DNA from: a virus
Taxonomy: Duplodnaviria > Heunggongvirae > Uroviricota > Caudoviricetes
Virus record (IMG/VR): IMGVR_UViG_3300023707_000001
Length of the DNA: 64,000 bases
Strand: one strand, 5' to 3'
Position 1 is the first letter of the stretch. Every line of letters starts with the position of its first letter. Positions 1 to 8,336 of the stretch are shown piece by piece. Under the pieces are notes generated by a model, which had not been told where the DNA came from, did no database searches, and worked only from the letters and a program-made list of their open reading frames with translations. The position numbers were made by a program, and so were the translations under genes.

Positions 1-225
1 ACAAATGGTTTATAGGGCATTTTTTGGCCGCAGAAATCAACAAGGATTTCGTGATGTACCGGTTTGTGCTCATCGTTATAAACAAATACAGCTACCGCAT
101 CTTCTCTTTGCCTTATCTTGTTAACAGCCTTGGTCACTTCTTTCCAATCCAGACTGTCCGTACAGGGGATATTGCATACATTGCCGCCCGAAAGCATCAG
201 ATAATTAATCCAGTATCGGTTCATT

Positions 226-543
226 TCAACAACACTCCTCTTCTGCCATTTTCTGCGCCGCGATTCTTTTATCCTGCTCATCCAACAAACGGATATAGCC
301 GATGATATCTTCTTTGTGGCTAGGAATATAGTCTTTCTCGAATCGGCTATCGGTAGCCAATCCTAAGCAGCTTTTATTCTCATCGCAGAAATCGCGGTAA
401 AGGTTTTCAACGACGTAATCTTCCGGCGCCGAAATATACCGGCCATTATCGTTATAGTACAGCCATTTTCCTGTTTTGGTATAACGGCCTTCTATACCGT
501 CATGGCCATACCATTTATGTGTAAATATCCTTTCTGTTTCCAT
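226..543 (-). CDS. hypothetical protein (105 aa)
   Basis: Minus-strand ORF in a tightly packed co-directional gene string; no recognisable motifs. Confidence 0.4.
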   Translation of the reverse strand: METERIFTHKWYGHDGIEGRYTKTGKWLYYNDNGRYISAPEDYVVENLYRDFCDENKSCLGLATDSRFEKDYIPSHKEDIIGYIRLLDEQDKRIAAQKMAEEECC

Positions 544-557
544 AAATGTAGTTTACC

Positions 558-947
558 TCATTTACATTCAGGATACATTGTATAGATGATATGGTCTTTT
601 GTAAACCGGAACCATCCTTCCTCATCTACACTAACGAAAATCTGGCGTCTATCTTTCATACGGAAGTTTCTGAACTCATGCAAGTCTTTTATCTCTACGA
701 TGGTATCGTCGTTCAATACCGCTTTACCAACAGGGGCAATATACTTTGCATCCGGAGTAATTTCCGCCAAAGCAAAATAATTGTTATTTTCATTCCGCAC
801 CATCATGCCATTGCGTTTGGGCCAAATTGCATACCATTTTCCGTTTTCGTGTTTAACCGCCTTCGTGGGCATATCCTGATAATCACAAATATCATCATGG
901 GTGGGTTTTGCAAAGCTATTGATATATTCTTTTGTCATCGTAAACAC
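558..947 (-). CDS. hypothetical protein (129 aa)
   Basis: Minus-strand ORF contiguous with neighbours; the overlapping plus-strand ORF 591..1205 is judged an antisense shadow. Confidence 0.4.
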   Translation of the reverse strand: MFTMTKEYINSFAKPTHDDICDYQDMPTKAVKHENGKWYAIWPKRNGMMVRNENNNYFALAEITPDAKYIAPVGKAVLNDDTIVEIKDLHEFRNFRMKDRRQIFVSVDEEGWFRFTKDHIIYTMYPECK

Positions 948-950
948 AAT

Positions 951-1244
951 TTAGTCCTCCGCTACGTCTTTAATGTAATCCAAGGGAATAGCCGTGAAAT
1001 CGACATGAAAATTCTCGAACTGCGCGACGGCCATGATATAATCGTCTGTATCCTCTTCAAAGTCTGCCACATGGGTAGTGCTCGAATTTTTGTCGAAAGT
1101 GTATTCGTGGTCTTTGCTGGCCTCTTTTACCATTTTGACCAGTTGCTTTTTGATATCGTATTCGTCGCCAAATTTACGATATATATGCGTGCCATATTCT
1201 ACTGAATTATGCGCGCTGATAATCCAAGTTCTTATTGTAGCCAT
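951..1244 (-). CDS. hypothetical protein (97 aa)
   Basis: Minus ORF, 4-nt gap to upstream gene. Confidence 0.4.
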   Translation of the reverse strand: MATIRTWIISAHNSVEYGTHIYRKFGDEYDIKKQLVKMVKEASKDHEYTFDKNSSTTHVADFEEDTDDYIMAVAQFENFHVDFTAIPLDYIKDVAED

Positions 1245-1246
1245 GA

Positions 1247-1510
1247 TTATTTCCCCTGCGGATAGAAAATTTCGCCGATAATATTGCAGGAAGTAATTTC
1301 GAGCACTACTTCGCCGTTGGGCGAATAGATGCCGCCCGCTGCCAGCTCTTCCATATCATCTTCATCGTTGGCCAGAACTTCGGAGTCACCGATGCTCTTG
1401 GCATAATCCTTTGCCTTTTCAATGAATGCTCTTTCAGCGTCCTTACGATGGAAATACACATCGTAGCTGTTTTCATTGCGGCCATATTCGATTAACAAAT
1501 ATCCATTCAT
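1247..1510 (-). CDS. hypothetical protein (87 aa)
   Basis: Minus ORF in operon-like packing. Confidence 0.35.
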   Translation of the reverse strand: MNGYLLIEYGRNENSYDVYFHRKDAERAFIEKAKDYAKSIGDSEVLANDEDDMEELAAGGIYSPNGEVVLEITSCNIIGEIFYPQGK

Positions 1511-1513
1511 TGG

Positions 1514-1744
1514 TTATTCCTCCTTCAACTCATCACGCTTCATGTTCGGTTCCAACAGGTACGACCAGCCCAAAATGCGACTTTTTGCAATCAGGGCTTC
1601 GCCTGTATTGGTATGATACTCTCCGTCTTTGTAGTATCCCACGGCGAAACGGTTTACTTTCTCAATCGCTTCCTGATAAACCAGAATAGGCTTATTTTCA
1701 TCTGGAGTTATTTCAGGTGATAAGAAAAAAAGTGGTATTCTCAT
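1514..1744 (-). CDS. hypothetical protein (76 aa)
   Basis: Minus ORF in operon-like packing. Confidence 0.35.
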   Translation of the reverse strand: MRIPLFFLSPEITPDENKPILVYQEAIEKVNRFAVGYYKDGEYHTNTGEALIAKSRILGWSYLLEPNMKRDELKEE

Positions 1745-1796
1745 ATATTATTTTATCACTCCTTATTTTGAAATCATAGCTTTCCCCTCCAACTTG

Positions 1797-2219
1797 TTAA
1801 TATGTAGGGGTCCAGTTATCTGTGCCGCATTCTTTTGCTTGCTGCGCAATCCAGTCCATCAGGCCATGATAACGGATTACTTCATTGGTGACATAGACGG
1901 CGCCGCCATCTACGAAACGAAGATTTTCATGTCCTGACTGAACAAGTACAAAGCACTCGCCGTCCGGCAGAAGCTTCTGAATTTCCCCAATCATCTTGTC
2001 AAAATCGGCATCTTCATCTTCATCGTGCTTGTTTTCCACATATCCGTCAATCGAACCATAACAGCCAAAGCCATAGACCCACGTGCCATCTTCGCTCAAT
2101 TTGCTGAAATCCAGCAGTTTGTCTTCTGCTGCGATATGATTTTCGAACAGGTCCATATACTTGTCTTTGTCCGTTACGTGGAAATAATTTGTACGAGTGC
2201 AACAATCATAATTTGCCAT
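1797..2219 (-). CDS. hypothetical protein (140 aa)
   Basis: Minus ORF, acidic protein, no known motif. Confidence 0.45.
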   Translation of the reverse strand: MANYDCCTRTNYFHVTDKDKYMDLFENHIAAEDKLLDFSKLSEDGTWVYGFGCYGSIDGYVENKHDEDEDADFDKMIGEIQKLLPDGECFVLVQSGHENLRFVDGGAVYVTNEVIRYHGLMDWIAQQAKECGTDNWTPTY

Positions 2220-2237
2220 CGTGTATCGCTCCTTCTT

Positions 2238-2498
2238 CTACAACTCTTCTCCAACCTCAAAGGTAAATTCGTGGTCAGTGGTTTTGGCCGCAAAACTGCT
2301 GCGGCAGGACCGGCACTTGAATTCAATATCGCCATCTTTGGCGCTGGCCAGCTCCACGGTTTCGTTAATGCAATCAACGCCTTCTTTATCCAGAATGGCG
2401 TCGCCCATCAGACCATCCTCATCTACTTTGAAATGCGCATCAGTTTGTGCGACAAGCACCATATTGGTACTACCGCAATTAGGGCATTTAATAGCCAT
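2238..2498 (-). CDS. zinc-ribbon protein (86 aa)
   Basis: CPNCG ... CRSC paired Cys motifs. Confidence 0.4.
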   Translation of the reverse strand: MAIKCPNCGSTNMVLVAQTDAHFKVDEDGLMGDAILDKEGVDCINETVELASAKDGDIEFKCRSCRSSFAAKTTDHEFTFEVGEEL

Positions 2499-2578
2499 GG
2501 GTCATTCCTCCACTTCTTTCACTTGTAAGAGACAGCGGCCTTCGTAGTCATCCCACATATGTTTATCCGTCGCCATTT

Positions 2579-2893
2579 TCAATCCCTCCTGTTCCATCGT
2601 GCTGTTGCCTGCTCTATCGTTTGCCCAAAAACCGACGCGCCACATGATGCACACGCAATAATAACGTGACCTGAATATAAATCATCTAGGCTTATTGCGG
2701 TTTGGATATATGCTTCTCCACCACAGGTACATGGAAGTAACCCATTTTCTGCCATCTGACCTGATATTCTTTTGCCGCAAAACGGACAAAACTCAAAACC
2801 CTCATCGCTCTCGTTCATTACGATGGCCATCGTTTTCTTACAAGCTGGACACGTATAATGATGTCCGTCGACAATCCATTTATTCTTTGCCAT
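2579..2893 (-). CDS. Lar-family restriction-alleviation-like Cys-rich protein
   Basis: Two CxxC pairs and a C-terminal ...TIEQATARWNRR motif resembling Lar family proteins. Confidence 0.45.
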   Translation of the reverse strand: MAKNKWIVDGHHYTCPACKKTMAIVMNESDEGFEFCPFCGKRISGQMAENGLLPCTCGGEAYIQTAISLDDLYSGHVIIACASCGASVFGQTIEQATARWNRRD

Positions 2894-2894
2894 C

Positions 2895-3197
2895 TCACTT
2901 CTCCTTGCCCCCTTCGTTATCTCCGATAAAAATCTTTACCCCGTCAATTTCGTAAACCATTTCATGGTCTTCGTCAAGGATGCCGCCGATATGCGCCTTT
3001 AGCTCGTCGTAGTCAAACTGCAGCTTCTCAGCGATTGTACGAGAAATGAAGCCGATAGCTGACGCTTCAGCATGGTCAGCGTAAAATTCTACGGGATAGA
3101 ACTCGCCGTCATTAAGCATATCAGCCATTTCAGCTACGATTGCTTTGTTAAGACTTTTATTGCCAACACACTCGCAGAGAACAATATCGTATTTCAT
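2895..3197 (-). CDS. hypothetical protein, paralog of 7422..7724
   Basis: About 95% identical at protein level to the ORF at 7422..7724 (MKYDIVLCEC...). Confidence 0.5.
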   Translation of the reverse strand: MKYDIVLCECVGNKSLNKAIVAEMADMLNDGEFYPVEFYADHAEASAIGFISRTIAEKLQFDYDELKAHIGGILDEDHEMVYEIDGVKIFIGDNEGGKEK

Positions 3198-3199
3198 GT

Positions 3200-3583
3200 T
3201 TATTCCTCCGTATCGAGTTTCTTTGCTTCTTCGTAGAAATTAATCAGAGCTGTTTCAAAATCCGCCATTAACCCTTGCACATCGACAATGCTATACTGCG
3301 CAAATGGCGCCCAGATATCCATACACTTTCCGTTTTCGTCTTCGTACGACAGTTCGGCGGCCTCACATTCATCCTCTTCACTCTGGGATTCAACTTTGTC
3401 CATGAATGCGTCAGGGTCATCCGGCCAATCACTGTCGCCAACATTGCAGAAATAATGCTTAAATGCCTCTTTACAGGCCATTTCTCTGATTTTATCATTA
3501 ACTTCCATGGTTATCATCGCTCCTTTTTTACTCATCTCGGAAGATACAACAATGGCGAAGTTTATGCGGCCATTGCGGCGCAT
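3200..3583 (-). CDS. hypothetical acidic protein, diverged paralog of 8015..8317
   Basis: Shares KIREMA..EAFKHYFCNVG.SDWPDDPDAFMDKV...ENGKCMDIWAPF...LMADFE.ALINFY.EAKK with 8015..8317. Confidence 0.5.
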   Translation of the reverse strand: MRRNGRINFAIVVSSEMSKKGAMITMEVNDKIREMACKEAFKHYFCNVGDSDWPDDPDAFMDKVESQSEEDECEAAELSYEDENGKCMDIWAPFAQYSIVDVQGLMADFETALINFYEEAKKLDTEE

Positions 3584-3932
3584 CTTTCTCAGAAAATTTC
3601 AGGAAACGTTTAGCCTCCGCTTCATCCTCTTTTATGCATTCTACTTCCCAGCCTCGGCCGTAATCAATCAGGACTTCCCAGGCATCCACTGTTTCTCTCG
3701 GATGTTCCGGCTCATATGCCCACCAAGTTACAAACTCCAATGAGATATGTATTGATGAACCGTTTACATAAAATGCGCCCTGCTCATATCTCCCGTGCGC
3801 TACCCCAAACTTCGGGCCATAGAACAAAACATTTTTGTCGGGATACAGCCCAGGCAATGCTTCCGATGTACGTTTCCACTTAAATGTCGCAAATTTCCAC
3901 ATTGCGTGGTGTTTCCAAGTAATCTGCTTCAA
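3528..3932 (-). CDS. hypothetical protein (134 aa; true start may be internal)
   Basis: Minus ORF; the 5' 56 nt overlap the downstream gene, so an internal Met start is likely. Confidence 0.35.
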   Translation of the reverse strand: MKQITWKHHAMWKFATFKWKRTSEALPGLYPDKNVLFYGPKFGVAHGRYEQGAFYVNGSSIHISLEFVTWWAYEPEHPRETVDAWEVLIDYGRGWEVECIKEDEAEAKRFLKFSEKDAPQWPHKLRHCCIFRDE

Positions 3933-3953
3933 GCAGATATTCGTCCACTTTTC

Positions 3954-4319
3954 TCATACCTGTACCTCGCTTCCGTTTTCTTTGAGCCATTTCTTGTAGG
4001 CTTCTGTCAGCTCATCATCATCAGCTACATCCAGAAGTCCCTGGATGTAATCCGGCATGGTAAGCTCCGCGCCGCAGAACTCATCAAAACAAACATAAAT
4101 GCAGCCGCCGGGGACCCCTACGTCGCCTTCCCACTCTGCAAAGATGCCTTCAATGTCTGCGCGCATGCCAACTTCGCTATCAAGGATATGGCTGTCGTGG
4201 TCTACAGCCTCATGGTTGTCCATGCCCTTAATGACGTCTCTCAGGCTGTATCCATGAGACATCATCCAGTCAAGCTGATAAAGCTCATAAAGCCGCTTCT
4301 TCATCTGTTCTTCGGTCAT
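3954..4319 (-). CDS. hypothetical protein (121 aa)
   Basis: Minus ORF. Confidence 0.4.
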   Translation of the reverse strand: MTEEQMKKRLYELYQLDWMMSHGYSLRDVIKGMDNHEAVDHDSHILDSEVGMRADIEGIFAEWEGDVGVPGGCIYVCFDEFCGAELTMPDYIQGLLDVADDDELTEAYKKWLKENGSEVQV

Positions 4320-4399
4320 TTATGCTCCTCCATTCTTGCACAAATTTCTTTTATCATTTTTCCGTCATGTTTTATCGGCGCAGCCAACCATTTACGAGC

Positions 4400-4610
4400 T
4401 GCTTCGATGTGCTCATCGAGTGTATGTGGATACGTTGGGTCAGAAATTGCTGATTTCTTGAACACTCCGCCACTTAAAGAGGTGGCGGATTCCTGATTCA
4501 TCGAGCGCAGCGCCCTGACCTTAGTCAGGCCCGTCTTACGCGCTCTCCAAAGGCGTTCGCCCCGTTGAGGGCCAGTTCCCGTGTGACCCACGGTACTGAT
4601 TTTATGTGAT
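4400..4610 (-). ncRNA. putative omegaRNA/reRNA region of a truncated IS605-family TnpB element
   Basis: GC-rich, hairpin-dense sequence immediately 3' of the tnpB remnant. The 100-aa ORF annotated here (4316..4618) has a low-complexity N-terminus and is likely spurious. Confidence 0.3.
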
Positions 4611-5102
4611 TTAGGCAACTTTCGTTTTCATCGAAAGCGCCTTTTTTAAGATGTTGATTGCCGCGTTTCGGTCACGGTCGAGGGATTCTCCGCAGTGCGG
4701 GCAAACCCAGTCTCGAACGCTTAAATCTTTGACGATTGGATTCTGAAATCCGCAGACATGGCATGTTTGGCTGGACGGATAGAACGTTGGAATTTTTACC
4801 AATTTCCCGCCACGCTCTTTGGTTTTATAGTCCAGTTTTTCGAAGAACATTCCCCATGCAACGTCACTTATTGCCTTAGCTAATTTTTTATTCTTTACCA
4901 TGCCCTTGACGTTTAATTTTTCAACGGCAACGAGGGAATTTTCATTAACCAAGTGATAAGATAATTTGTGCTGAAAATCATTCCTCGTGTTTGTAATTTT
5001 TTCGTGAACACGAGCAACTCGTACACGTTGTTTTTTCCATTGACCAGAACCTAACTTGGCCTTTCGCTGTTTACTGTGGGTAAGGGCTTGAAGCCCACCC
5101 AA
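4611..5102 (-). pseudogene. tnpB: TnpB (IS200/IS605 OrfB) C-terminal fragment, N-terminally truncated
   Basis: Matches the TnpB C-terminal half: RuvC-II, a Zn finger (CHVCG...CPHCG) and RuvC-III (DRDRNAAINIL). There is no Met start (TTG) and an in-frame stop lies immediately upstream at the ISL3 junction. Confidence 0.65.
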
Positions 5103-6400
5103 AAATCTTATAGAATTATATCCATGAGATTATAAGACAGAAAGGCGTTATCTTACTTATCATGAATACAACTGACTTATTTGCGGCAGCTTTGAACCTG
5201 CCGGAACCTTGGTCTATATCCAAGGTGGAGTTCAAGCCGGACTCATCCGGAACTATGGAACTTCATATAGAGCTCTCCTTTCCCAGAGGCAGTAAGTTTG
5301 CTTGCCCCGAATGCGAAGCTGAAACTACTGCCTACGACACGACGCCTAGAACCTGGCGCCACCTTAATTTCTTTCAATACAAGACCTATATCCATGCTGA
5401 CCTACCACGGATTAAGTGCGGCGAACATGGTGTAAAAACCGTCAGCGTCCCTTGGGCTAGAGAAGGTTCTGGTTTTACCCTACTCTTCGAAGGCTGGGTT
5501 GTGGAGCTGGCTAAGCACCTGCCTGTCGCCACTATTGCCAATATGGTAGATGAGCATGACACCCGCCTCTGGCGGTTCATCAAGCATTATGTCGATGAGG
5601 CCCGCGCCCGTGAAGATTACTCCGAAGTCAATGCTATCGGCATCGACGAGACCAGCAAGAAAGGTCACAAGTATGTCACCGTAGTTGTTGACTTGGCCCA
5701 ACGCAAGGTTATCTTTGTTACTAACGGCAAAGATTCTGCCACCGTAGATCGGTTCGTAAAAGACTTCAAGGAACATAAAGGCATTCCGGGCAATATCAAA
5801 ATCGTCACCTGCGATATGTCCTTGGGCTTCAAGAAAGGCATTAACGAGCACTTCGTCAACAGCAGCACTGTCATCGATAAATTCCATGTCATCAAGCATA
5901 TCAATGAAGCTCTGGACGAGGTTCGCCGCGATGAAGTCAGGCAAGGTCCTTGGTATAAGCACCTGCTTAACAAGAGCAAATGGCTCTGGCTCAAGAATGA
6001 TGCGAATCTCACCGATAAACAGCTTGAGCGCAAGGAGTCGCTAATGCACAAGCGCCTGAAAACGGCTAGAGCCTACGCTATGCGCGTTACCCTGCAGGAT
6101 ATTTACGAGACATCTTTTAACCGCACCACCGCTGAAGAGCGTCTTAACCAGCTGTACAATTGGCTCACACGTTCGCGACTTACCCCCATGAAAAACTTTG
6201 CTAAACTGCTAAAAAATCACTGACAGGAAATACTCAATTACTTTGACTATCGCTACACCAACGCTATTTTGGAAGGCATGAATAGCATTATCCAGAATAT
6301 AAAGCGCCGTGCCCGCGGATTCCGTAACGATGAGTATTTCAAGACTATGATTTATCTGGGCTGCGGAAAATTGAATTTAGATATATAAGGGAGAGACTTG
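5103..6400 (+). mobile_element. ISL3-family insertion sequence (boundaries approximate)
   Basis: Contains an ISL3-type transposase. It truncates the tnpB remnant on the left and separates two copies of a duplicated phage gene cassette. Inverted repeats could not be defined by eye. Confidence 0.4.
5162..6223 (+). CDS. ISL3-family transposase, interrupted by an in-frame TGA (homology continues to 6390)
   Basis: N-terminal Zn-finger (CPEC...C..H) and a DDE_Tnp_ISL3-like body. After the TGA at 6221-6223 the same frame encodes QEILNYFDYRYTNAILEGMNSIIQNIKRRARGFRNDEYFKTMIYL, the conserved ISL3 C-terminus. Confidence 0.8.
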   Translation: MNTTDLFAAALNLPEPWSISKVEFKPDSSGTMELHIELSFPRGSKFACPECEAETTAYDTTPRTWRHLNFFQYKTYIHADLPRIKCGEHGVKTVSVPWAREGSGFTLLFEGWVVELAKHLPVATIANMVDEHDTRLWRFIKHYVDEARAREDYSEVNAIGIDETSKKGHKYVTVVVDLAQRKVIFVTNGKDSATVDRFVKDFKEHKGIPGNIKIVTCDMSLGFKKGINEHFVNSSTVIDKFHVIKHINEALDEVRRDEVRQGPWYKHLLNKSKWLWLKNDANLTDKQLERKESLMHKRLKTARAYAMRVTLQDIYETSFNRTTAEERLNQLYNWLTRSRLTPMKNFAKLLKNH

Positions 6401-6402
6401 TA

Positions 6403-6627
6403 ATGAATAATATCAAAGCACGTGAGGGAATCTGTCCTATAACAAACCAACGACATCGTATATCTCGTATGTATGTGTCTGACTCTTTCATGGAAATTAA
6501 AGGCGAAGAAAAAATTCGCCACGACCGCTGGAAAGTTTCGAACATAGTGGACTTTACATGTGATCCTTCTAGTGAATGTCTAGCAAAATGCCCAATCTAC
6601 AATTCTTTTCCTAGCCATATCGCATAA
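6403..6627 (+). CDS. hypothetical protein (74 aa)
   Basis: Plus ORF with AAGGGAGAG RBS 7 nt upstream, located just after the transposase; could be an IS passenger gene. Confidence 0.3.
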   Translation: MNNIKAREGICPITNQRHRISRMYVSDSFMEIKGEEKIRHDRWKVSNIVDFTCDPSSECLAKCPIYNSFPSHIA

Positions 6628-6632
6628 AGCTT

Positions 6633-6893
6633 TCAAATGAGTATGTCTTGTTCTGTGTCTAGGTTAACCTCTTGAGGCAATATTATGCTAAGATTAACGC
6701 CCGTAAGTCTCCTGAAATAATCTTTGATTTTTCTATAACTGTCGCCATCATTGCAGTGCACCTTACAATATGCACAGCCAGAAAATGGGGAACCTGTAGT
6801 CTCCAAAGCTTGATACATTCTCGCGAAGCAATATAATTTTTTGCGAGAAATAGTTACTTCTTCTGATGCTGTTGTTATGTCCAAGATATCCAT
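6633..6893 (-). CDS. hypothetical protein (86 aa)
   Basis: Minus ORF. Confidence 0.35.
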   Translation of the reverse strand: MDILDITTASEEVTISRKKLYCFARMYQALETTGSPFSGCAYCKVHCNDGDSYRKIKDYFRRLTGVNLSIILPQEVNLDTEQDILI

Positions 6894-6908
6894 CCTTTCT
6901 CTTAATAC

Positions 6909-7190
6909 TTATATACTGTTAACCCATACTAAATAGCGAGGAGCCGAGTATTCTCCCCAGCATTTCTCGATATCATGCTTTTTACGCCTGTCAATCCATG
7001 CCTGCTTATCGCCCACATAAGATTCTGGCTGCGCCGATTCGATATGCTCGATATGGCAAATGTCAGCCATGAATGCGCCTTTTAAGACATCTTCCTTGTC
7101 TCTTACATAGACTGTTTCGTGCAGCTCAATCAGTAAAGGCACATTAGAACTCATAGCTATCTGCCTCCGGATTCCATACAGGGACACCAT
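6909..7190 (-). CDS. hypothetical protein (93 aa)
   Basis: Minus ORF. Confidence 0.4.
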   Translation of the reverse strand: MVSLYGIRRQIAMSSNVPLLIELHETVYVRDKEDVLKGAFMADICHIEHIESAQPESYVGDKQAWIDRRKKHDIEKCWGEYSAPRYLVWVNSI

Positions 7191-7419
7191 TATCCCGCAT
7201 CGTCTTGATGAGCACCGGCATTACCTCTTTTACGATGGGCCGTAACTCATCTTCATCTGCCTGAAGAGTGGAAACTCCATAAGTCATTGAGTAGATGAGT
7301 TTAACGGCGTCCATGAGCGTATTTTCGATGGTGTCTCCGCATCGTTCCTGCCAGCATTTGACATTATCCAAATGGGCGAGACATTCGCAACCGGCCCACA
7401 TATGTTTATCTGTTGCCAT
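7144..7419 (-). CDS. hypothetical protein (91 aa)
   Basis: Minus ORF; its start region (ccacatatgtttatc.g..gccatttt) is duplicated at 2540-2578. Confidence 0.4.
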   Translation of the reverse strand: MATDKHMWAGCECLAHLDNVKCWQERCGDTIENTLMDAVKLIYSMTYGVSTLQADEDELRPIVKEVMPVLIKTMRDNGVPVWNPEADSYEF

Positions 7420-7421
7420 TT

Positions 7422-7724
7422 TTAGTCCTCCTCGTCTTCTCCATTATCTCCGATAAAAATCTTTACCCCGTCAATTTCGTAAACCATTTCATGGTCTTCG
7501 TCAAGGATGCCGCCGATATGCGCCTTTAGCTCGTCGTAGTCAAACTGCAGCTTCTCAGCGATTGTACGAGAAATGAAGCCGATAGCTGACGCTTCAGCAT
7601 GGTCAGCGTAAAATTCTACGGGATAGAACTCGCCGTCATTAAGCATATCAGCCATTTCAGCTACGATTGCTTTGTTAAGACCTTTATTGCCAATGCATTC
7701 GCAGAGAACGATGTCGTATTTCAT
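7422..7724 (-). CDS. hypothetical protein, paralog of 2895..3197
   Basis: Near-identical protein to 2895..3197. Confidence 0.5.
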   Translation of the reverse strand: MKYDIVLCECIGNKGLNKAIVAEMADMLNDGEFYPVEFYADHAEASAIGFISRTIAEKLQFDYDELKAHIGGILDEDHEMVYEIDGVKIFIGDNGEDEED

Positions 7725-7741
7725 GGCTCATTCCTCCGTCT

Positions 7742-8014
7742 TCACATAATCCTGCGTGATTTCGCCGTTATCAATGGCCTTGCGCAGATTATCTTCGACA
7801 TCCAAATTGGAATCATAGGACGGCAAATCCCGCACATCGAACACAATGTGCCGCTATCCTCATCCGTGCCGTCGTCGCTGCCGAATTCGTCCAGGCCAAA
7901 ACAGTATTCACGAACCCCGCCTTCATGGTCGTCATGTCTGTAAATGTGATAGATAAACACCCCCTTATGCTTTAATACCAATTCGTTAGGAATCCATTTC
8001 AGTGCCATAACCAA
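7742..8014 (-). CDS. hypothetical protein (90 aa)
   Basis: Minus ORF. Confidence 0.4.
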   Translation of the reverse strand: MVMALKWIPNELVLKHKGVFIYHIYRHDDHEGGVREYCFGLDEFGSDDGTDEDSGTLCSMCGICRPMIPIWMSKIICARPLITAKSRRIM

Positions 8015-8317
8015 TCACTCCTTATCATGTTTCTTTGCTTCATTGTAAAAATTAATCAGGGCTATTTCAAAATCCGCCATTAACTCTCGCATATCGCTAA
8101 TACTGTATGTCTCAAATGGCGCCCAGATATCCATGCACTTTCCGTTTTCATCTTCGTACGATAGTTCATCGGCCCCACATTCATATTCTTCATCCCGATC
8201 AACTTTATCCATGAATGCGTCCGGGTCATCCGGCCAATCACTTTCACCGACGTTGCAGAAATAATGCTTAAAAGCCTCTTCGTGGGCCATTTCTCTGATT
8301 TTATCATTAACCGCCAC
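8015..8317 (-). CDS. hypothetical acidic protein, paralog of 3200..3583
   Basis: See 3200..3583. Confidence 0.5.
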   Translation of the reverse strand: MAVNDKIREMAHEEAFKHYFCNVGESDWPDDPDAFMDKVDRDEEYECGADELSYEDENGKCMDIWAPFETYSISDMRELMADFEIALINFYNEAKKHDKE

Positions 8318-8336
8318 AGTTATTCACGCTCCTTTT

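Noticed and set aside
591-1205. Long plus-strand ORFs overlapping minus-strand genes (591..1205, 2025..2528, 3795..4496, 29739..30240, 49757..50413, 61596..62195 etc.)
   Set aside because: Each is antisense to a better-supported minus-strand gene string. They have low-complexity or odd composition, no RBS and no recognisable motifs, so I treat them as shadow ORFs.
4316-4618. 100-aa minus ORF MPKSHKISTVGHTGTGPQRGERLWRARK...
   Set aside because: Its N-terminal two-thirds is encoded by the GC-rich hairpin region 3' of the tnpB fragment. It has Gly/Arg low-complexity translation, consistent with an omegaRNA/right-end structure rather than a protein.
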